32,000 nucleotides of DNA from the NCBI GenBank assembly GCA_008080745.1, contig SHMX01000003.1, forward strand, positions 120,001-152,000, read 5' to 3'. Source of the DNA: Candidatus Thorarchaeota archaeon. Its GTDB lineage: Archaea; Asgardarchaeota; Thorarchaeia; Thorarchaeales; Thorarchaeaceae. How positions within the stretch are numbered: the stretch's first letter is position 1; the number at the start of each line of letters is the position of its first letter. Of this stretch, positions 26,350 through 32,000 are shown piece after piece. The position numbers and the translations under genes are program-made. The notes under the pieces were generated by a model. That model was not told the origin of the DNA. It did not search any database and was given only the letters and a program-made list of their open reading frames with translations.

Positions 26350-28745
26350 TATAGGTTATGCTCCGTCCTTGCAATAATTTCCTCTTGAAGCTCTCTACCA
26401 ATTTGTGTAAAGAATGCATTATATCCTGTGACTCGAACGAGTAGGTTTGAGTAATTGTCCGGATTTCTCTGAGCATCCCTAAGTGTTTCAGTATCAATGA
26501 CATTTACCTGTAACGCGGTTCCTCCAATTTCATTGTACGCACGGATTAAGGCTGCTAATTTCTCAATATGTTCAGGGCTTCGTACCATAGAAGGACTCAA
26601 TGTGATAGTATGAGATGCACCATTTGGAACAGTTTCCAATCCTAATTTTCCGACAGATTTTATTGATGCAGTAGGTCCCTCCGAGTCCATACCTTGAACT
26701 GCCCCCACACCACCTGACAAAAATTCACCTCTTCGTCTGCCGTCAGGCGTGGAAGCTGTAAGCGGAGCTAATGGAATATAATAATTCCAACTGAGATATC
26801 CAGCTCGGTAATGGCGACCCGTAAAGGGGTTCTCATGTTTAAAGACTTCTTTAGCCCAGTACATAGAAAGATCCCTTGCAATTGTATCTACATAGTCATC
26901 ATCATTACCAAATTTTGGAGTCTTGTTTTTGAGTAATTGACGAATTTCTTCATATCCAACGAAATCCGATCTAAGAGCCAGAAGTAGCTCATTCATGGTA
27001 ATTCGTTTTTCATCAAAGACCATTTTCTTTACTGCTGCTACAGAATCAGCGAGTGTAGCAATCCCCATTCCTTCCATCGTGTTGAAGTTATAATCAGTAC
27101 CGCCCTCATTGACATCTTTTCCTCTTTGGGCACACCCATCCATCAGAGCGCTTAGATATGGAGTTGGTTGATATTTTGCACGTAGAGTATCAGCCGCATT
27201 TCCAGCATCTACTAATAGTTCAACAAGTACCCTCAACTGTGTTTTGACAGCAGCAACAAATTCATCATAATTACGAAATTCTAGGGGGTTTCCCGTTTTC
27301 GCTCCAATTTGCTCCCCAGTCAGCATATCTTTACCATCATTGAGGGTAAATTCAATGGCTTTTACCAAATTAATATTCACATCTACTGTATCAGACCTAT
27401 CATTCCCCTGCATAGTATTTTCAAGACATCCTACAATACCATAATCCCAGGCATCTTCTCGAGGCACTCCCTGCCAAACCAAACCTTCTATGCTATGCTC
27501 ATCAAAATTTAGGAGAAATGGAGACCCCTGTGCTTGAGCTATCATCTCCGAAACTCGCAATAAGAAATCTTGAGGGGTGTTCCTGTGAATACGAATGTTA
27601 GGTTTTGGCTCTAAGAGGTTCATTTCTTCAATTACTTCAAGTGCTAACCACGTGAGTTCATTGGTTAAATCCTCTCCATCGGATCCACAACCACTTAAGG
27701 TAATCAATTGTCCAAAACTAGAATTAATTCCTTGATTGATTCCAATACTGCCTTGGAAATCATAGACGTAGTTATGTTTGATCCAATAACAATGAAGGAG
27801 CTCCTTAGCAAATTCTCGTGTAATTTCTCCAGACTCGATATCCTTCTTATAAAATGGATAGAGGTACTGATCCCAACGTCCAGGTGATAGTCCAGCACCA
27901 GGGTAGGATTCCTCAGCCATGACAAGCATATGAATCATCCAGAGAGCTTGAAGGGCTTCCCAAAATGTATCCGGAGGATTCCATGGGACATGCATACAGA
28001 TTTCTGCAATTTTCTCTAGTTCCAATCTTCTAGTGGAATCCTCTTCCTCTTTGGCAATTGATTTAGCTTTCTCAGCATAGCGTTTGCTTACAAGATTAGC
28101 AGTCTTAAGACTAATAATTAGAGATTCTATAAATTCGATATGGCTAGAATCGTGAGTCTGATTAAGTAGTGATTCATACTCCTCAACTATACCTTTCAGT
28201 CCAATTTGTAATACTTTAGCATAGTTTGGAATCAAATGACCAGGAACACAAGCAGCAGTTCCAACACCAGTTTCATTCAAATGGCTAGCCGCGTCAAACC
28301 ACTTCTTCATCTCTTTGTTACGACGTTTAGTTTCAGATTTTGTCAAACATCGAGAAAGTGCAGTATTAAAATTGAAACCAATAATTAATTCTCCTTCAAT
28401 TATTTCAACTGGCATATACTTGGTCATGACCTCTTGAAAGAAAATTGCACGGCGCAGCGGTAATGAATGCTTCCAGAAATCAGAGGGAAGGTGTACTCTA
28501 ACCGCCATACCTTTGAGAGTCTGATCGATAGAGGGGAGAAATTGGTATAAAGCTGGCTCGTTAGCCCAATCATGATAGGTGTAAACTTCATCCCAGGGAG
28601 TTCCGGTAGTAAAAGAATATGGTTCATTGGTAAGGTCTCGGTCATGAAACGAGTAGAAATGCTCTCGGAGCTTACTTACACGTTCAGATAGATCTTGTGA
28701 GGGCGACCAGATATCAACAGTGGGTTTTTCACGATCTATTGTCAT
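26349..28745 (-). CDS. Glycyl radical enzyme (PFL superfamily), substrate unassigned
   Basis: PGRWDQYLYPFY, Cys loop GIVGCLEN, KTPKFGNDDDYVD, ASTPDGRRRGE, C-terminal LLVRVTGYN glycyl motif. One-base overlap with the activase start. Confidence 0.95.
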   Translation of the reverse strand: MTIDREKPTVDIWSPSQDLSERVSKLREHFYSFHDRDLTNEPYSFTTGTPWDEVYTYHDWANEPALYQFLPSIDQTLKGMAVRVHLPSDFWKHSLPLRRAIFFQEVMTKYMPVEIIEGELIIGFNFNTALSRCLTKSETKRRNKEMKKWFDAASHLNETGVGTAACVPGHLIPNYAKVLQIGLKGIVEEYESLLNQTHDSSHIEFIESLIISLKTANLVSKRYAEKAKSIAKEEEDSTRRLELEKIAEICMHVPWNPPDTFWEALQALWMIHMLVMAEESYPGAGLSPGRWDQYLYPFYKKDIESGEITREFAKELLHCYWIKHNYVYDFQGSIGINQGINSSFGQLITLSGCGSDGEDLTNELTWLALEVIEEMNLLEPKPNIRIHRNTPQDFLLRVSEMIAQAQGSPFLLNFDEHSIEGLVWQGVPREDAWDYGIVGCLENTMQGNDRSDTVDVNINLVKAIEFTLNDGKDMLTGEQIGAKTGNPLEFRNYDEFVAAVKTQLRVLVELLVDAGNAADTLRAKYQPTPYLSALMDGCAQRGKDVNEGGTDYNFNTMEGMGIATLADSVAAVKKMVFDEKRITMNELLLALRSDFVGYEEIRQLLKNKTPKFGNDDDYVDTIARDLSMYWAKEVFKHENPFTGRHYRAGYLSWNYYIPLAPLTASTPDGRRRGEFLSGGVGAVQGMDSEGPTASIKSVGKLGLETVPNGASHTITLSPSMVRSPEHIEKLAALIRAYNEIGGTALQVNVIDTETLRDAQRNPDNYSNLLVRVTGYNAFFTQIGRELQEEIIARTEHNL

Positions 28746-28935
28746 TATCTTTAATCTCCGAGATATTAAGATGAGTATAGAAACTTGGTGAGATATAAGG
28801 AGCCCGAAATAGTATCATTGGGAAAACCTATATCCACAGGTACAAATTTTCATAGGGCGCTAGCTTTAAAAACTCGGTCGGCTCTCGGAGGCCATCCGCC
28901 CGAACACAGGATATTGGGCATCAGGAAGGCTTCAT

Positions 28936-30525
28936 ATGAAGAAACGAAATACTGTGATGATGCTCTTGCTCTTATCAATATTAGTCACAGGAGCAATTCA
29001 GGTCCAATCATTCGCAACAATAGGAAATACACAGGAAAGTGCAGTTGAAACTAGTATTCCAATAATAGTGCCAGCTGCTTACGATTCTGATAACATAACA
29101 ATCGATTTACAAAGTCCAGCAGAGAATTCGGTAGTATCTGGTTCGTTCAATCTTACTCTGAATGTAACTTCAGATAATGGTGACCTGAATTTTACGCTTA
29201 TAGTTGATGGGTCAATTCATCCTGATTTGAACAAGACCTCAATAACTACAGGCCTTCAGAATATCACAGTAGACACTACAGTTCTTAATGAAGGGCTTCT
29301 CAATTTCACGCTCCTCTTTGAAGAGAATCATACAGGAGTTCTTGAGAGAGAGTCACTCACTGCATTCTACGAAGTTGATAATCACGGTGCACCATTGGTG
29401 CAAATTCTTGCTCCAGATACTGAAGATCTGATTACCGGACTCACAGATTTAATGGTCAATATCACTACCGATTACGATGACATCAATGTCACTGTATTCG
29501 TAGATGGAGAGATTTTGGAAGAATACAACAACACGTTGGTTTCTGGTGGAACTGGAAATTATACGATAAATGGTACCGCCTATGAGAATGGTGACCATAA
29601 TGTAACAGTCAAAGCAGTGACTGCAGAAGGATTAACCGACAGCGCCTATCGTATATACACCTTCCTAGATCATGTAAGAATAACCTTCAGAAATCTCGCT
29701 AATTATGAAACCATATCTGGTGAGGCCGTCATCCCTGTGAAAGTATTCACACCATATTCTGATGTTACGGTTTCAGCTTATGTTGATGGTGATTTGATAC
29801 CAGATGTTAGCAACATAACATTACCAGAGGGGAACAGTGAGATTACCCTAGATACAACCCCATACTCAGAAGGAGAGCACAATATCACACTGAAGGCCTA
29901 TGATGGTTTTGGACATGGATGGGAAACCACATTGATTTTAGTTGTGGATAACCATGGTATTCCAAAAATAGAGTTATTATCGCCAGATCAGGATATTGTG
30001 GTTGGTTATGTTGCATTTACTGTGCATATTAATTCTACATGGGATTCAGTAAATCTCTCAGTTTACATCGATAATGAGGTCGTTGAAGGACTGGCAAATA
30101 TATCGATTGACCTTACTGAAAACGACGGGGATTATACATTCTATATCGATACGAGTCTCTATTCCAAATGGGAACATACACTGAAAATTGTAGTTGTAAC
30201 ACCTGAAGAGATTACATCTGAAGAAGAAGGTACCTTTGGGTTTGCAAATATTCGGATTGAAGAAGTTATCAGCTTGGTGGCGCTTCTAGCTATAGCTATT
30301 GCCATTCCCATGTCAAGGAAGAAGAGTGGTCAACCACTACAGCCAATTATTCTAGCAGACGTATTGTTTGTTGCTGTAGTTATGGGATTATTCTTGCTAC
30401 TTGGTGTGACTTCGATTCCAGTGGCAATATGGCACTTTAACCTGGCAAGTGTGTGGGCAGTTGGTTTAACTCTAATTGGCTTAAACTGGGTAATGCCCTT
30501 TATTTCAGGTGAAGTTGAAGAATAA
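28936..30525 (+). CDS. Cell-surface glycoprotein with four Ig-like repeats and a multi-TM C-terminal anchor
   Basis: Signal peptide; four beta-rich repeats ending DT(T/S)xxx(E/N)GxH-like; about 19 N-x-S/T sequons counted by eye; three hydrophobic segments at the C-terminus. Confidence 0.85.
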   Translation: MKKRNTVMMLLLLSILVTGAIQVQSFATIGNTQESAVETSIPIIVPAAYDSDNITIDLQSPAENSVVSGSFNLTLNVTSDNGDLNFTLIVDGSIHPDLNKTSITTGLQNITVDTTVLNEGLLNFTLLFEENHTGVLERESLTAFYEVDNHGAPLVQILAPDTEDLITGLTDLMVNITTDYDDINVTVFVDGEILEEYNNTLVSGGTGNYTINGTAYENGDHNVTVKAVTAEGLTDSAYRIYTFLDHVRITFRNLANYETISGEAVIPVKVFTPYSDVTVSAYVDGDLIPDVSNITLPEGNSEITLDTTPYSEGEHNITLKAYDGFGHGWETTLILVVDNHGIPKIELLSPDQDIVVGYVAFTVHINSTWDSVNLSVYIDNEVVEGLANISIDLTENDGDYTFYIDTSLYSKWEHTLKIVVVTPEEITSEEEGTFGFANIRIEEVISLVALLAIAIAIPMSRKKSGQPLQPIILADVLFVAVVMGLFLLLGVTSIPVAIWHFNLASVWAVGLTLIGLNWVMPFISGEVEE

Positions 30526-30530
30526 TAGAA

Positions 30531-31388
30531 TCAAACCAACCTAGTCACAGGAATATGTCTGTCAGTCTCCAAAGACCAATCAGCAACCTCCATAAATTTG
30601 GAGAGTTGATCTTTGGGGACTCGACTTTCCACTGTTTTACTTCTCCATTTCGATGCGTGTTTTCCAGTCTTAGCAATTACAACATCGACGTAAGCTTCTC
30701 CAGATTTCGTCACATCAACCACAAATTCAGAACCAGAGCCGTTCTTTGATATGATTGCACCATACCCTATACATTCATCTTCAACAGTGAATTCAAGAAT
30801 GTGTCCCTTTCGCCGTCCATCAATTATGTCTGCTGCAGTATCAACTAAGAGTCCAGGATGAGATAGATTCGAAAAACGCAGACTTCGAGGTATTGTGGAG
30901 GAACCATTTAGAATTCTACACTTCACAATTCGAGACCGCTTTGTTGGTATATTATCAGGATGAGTTTCTATCCGAACTAGTTCTCCACGCGAATAGTATT
31001 TTATCTTCATCCAAAAATTATAGGCCTCAGGCGGCGAATCCGCAATGACTCGTGTCACTCCCTTCTTTCTCAAGATTTCCTCAGCAGCTTGTGTAAGTGA
31101 TTTTCCAATTGATTGTTTTTGATAACGTATATCCACACTCATATCACGGATGAGCCCAAGCTTACCAGTTCTGGAGTTACGTTCAGTTCGGAAAATTATT
31201 TCCCCAACAACTCTACTATCTATCTCAGCAACCAGCCAACCCCATCTGGAAAAATGTGAGCCTCTGTGAAGATCTTTGACTTCCTCTACAGTAGAATATC
31301 CATCTTGCCAGTGAGTTCCCATGTAAACGGTGAGCAAGTCCACACAATCTTCTAATCTTCCATTTCTGATAGTGAGCATGACATACAT
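30531..31388 (-). CDS. GNAT-family acetyltransferase with a second, degenerate GNAT-like domain
   Basis: WLVAEIDSRVVGEI, MSVDIRYQKQSIGKSL motif A, AYNFW; the C-terminal half has a similar beta/alpha pattern. Confidence 0.8.
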   Translation of the reverse strand: MYVMLTIRNGRLEDCVDLLTVYMGTHWQDGYSTVEEVKDLHRGSHFSRWGWLVAEIDSRVVGEIIFRTERNSRTGKLGLIRDMSVDIRYQKQSIGKSLTQAAEEILRKKGVTRVIADSPPEAYNFWMKIKYYSRGELVRIETHPDNIPTKRSRIVKCRILNGSSTIPRSLRFSNLSHPGLLVDTAADIIDGRRKGHILEFTVEDECIGYGAIISKNGSGSEFVVDVTKSGEAYVDVVIAKTGKHASKWRSKTVESRVPKDQLSKFMEVADWSLETDRHIPVTRLV

Positions 31389-31450
31389 CTCTCATTCGTT
31401 CTGTTGAGAGAGTTGTATGAAGTATGCACTTAAGATTGAGTAACACACGG

Positions 31451-32000
31451 TCACTTTGAGATAATATCCGCCACTCTAAGAACATTTGTTACCAGTTTGA
31501 CACCTGAAGGGCCAAAAGCATAGAGTATAGGTTCAATCCCGATTCCACCAGGGACAGATATAGCAATTAATGATGAGTCCCCTGGTTCAATACGTTCTAT
31601 CTCAGCCAAAATCTCCGCGACATCACTACAAGCCATATCAAGTCGAAATGTGGCAAATCCAGATGATTCTGATGCTTTGATAATATCATCCTGCCCGCGT
31701 AATGATAGACAAGCCCTGGGAGTGTCCCATGCCCTTTTTGCGCCTAGTACAAGTTCAGCAGTATGACGTGATGCACCAAATTGGGGATGCATCAATACAC
31801 GTGCTCTGCCCTTAACTAGAGTGATTCTCCCCGGTACAGCAAGGACATCCTGAGGTGTTCTAGAGTTCTTTTCACAAACTACTAGGTTTGGTCTTACCTG
31901 CGGCATTAGATCGGGAAAAAGAGATGACTGTTCTAACATAACCAATGATTGCTTCATATCTTGTACTATTCTAGCACGACTTGTAAATACACTATTTGAA
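31451..32000 (-). CDS. ThiN-like (archaeal thiamine-phosphate synthase) domain protein, 5' end beyond the window
   Basis: LMPQVRPNLV, DVLAVPGRIT, PQFGASRH, GIGIEPILY. The frame stays open from 31957 to the right edge (SNSVFTSRARIVQD). Confidence 0.8.
   Translation of the reverse strand, partial: SNSVFTSRARIVQDMKQSLVMLEQSSLFPDLMPQVRPNLVVCEKNSRTPQDVLAVPGRITLVKGRARVLMHPQFGASRHTAELVLGAKRAWDTPRACLSLRGQDDIIKASESSGFATFRLDMACSDVAEILAEIERIEPGDSSLIAISVPGGIGIEPILYAFGPSGVKLVTNVLRVADIISK

Noticed and set aside
28872-28905. GC-rich imperfect hairpin in the GRE/surface-protein divergent spacer
   Set aside because: Short, mismatched stems with no recognisable riboswitch or tRNA features.
163-30749. The many 60-130 aa ORFs overlapping or antisense to long genes (e.g. 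163-435, 3104-3454, 5594-5923, 10502-10885, 20610-20972, 25997-26377, 28785-29048)
   Set aside because: Shadow frames of well-supported genes, with no motifs and uninformative composition.
12212-31388. Three GNAT genes in one window as a single system
   Set aside because: They are different subfamilies in unrelated contexts, and GNATs are common.
1-32000. CRISPR arrays, tRNA/rRNA genes, transposases or integrases
   Set aside because: No regularly spaced repeats, cloverleaf or T-loop in non-coding context, or DDE/tyrosine-recombinase motifs seen by eye. A tRNAscan/Infernal/CRISPR scan would be needed to exclude divergent cases.

Overview
Archaeal chromosomal window, probably from an Asgard archaeon (Thorarchaeia-like). 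This is inferred from the thermosome, Rpo6, AK6, Ard1 and MEMO1 genes, the eukaryote-like Rpo6 core and the many acidic-tailed membrane and surface proteins. Bases ~1-10,000 are accessory-looking: small helical and membrane hypotheticals (two paralog pairs), a frameshifted surface-protein gene, an alpha/beta hydrolase, an MBL-fold hydrolase, a structured 370-bp intergenic region, an SPFH/zinc-ribbon protein and a solitary N6-adenine DNA methyltransferase. The middle holds housekeeping genes (AK6, Ard1, DUF89 phosphatase, thermosome, rpo6, MgtC/DUF4010, hisS, MEMO1). The right part has a minus-strand run: glycyl-radical enzyme, activase, tandem flavin split-barrel protein, GNAT, ACT regulator, MFS. 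It is followed by an Ig-repeat surface glycoprotein, a GNAT and a truncated ThiN-domain gene. Top candidates for novelty: (1) an RNA polymerase subunit Rpo6 with an N-terminal helix-hairpin-helix domain on an Arg/Pro/acidic linker; (2) an unassigned glycyl-radical enzyme operon with a fused double flavin-binding partner; (3) a pseudoknot-capable intergenic element at 5060-5216. I saw no tRNA, rRNA, CRISPR array or transposase. All family calls come from motif recognition by eye; no searches were run.
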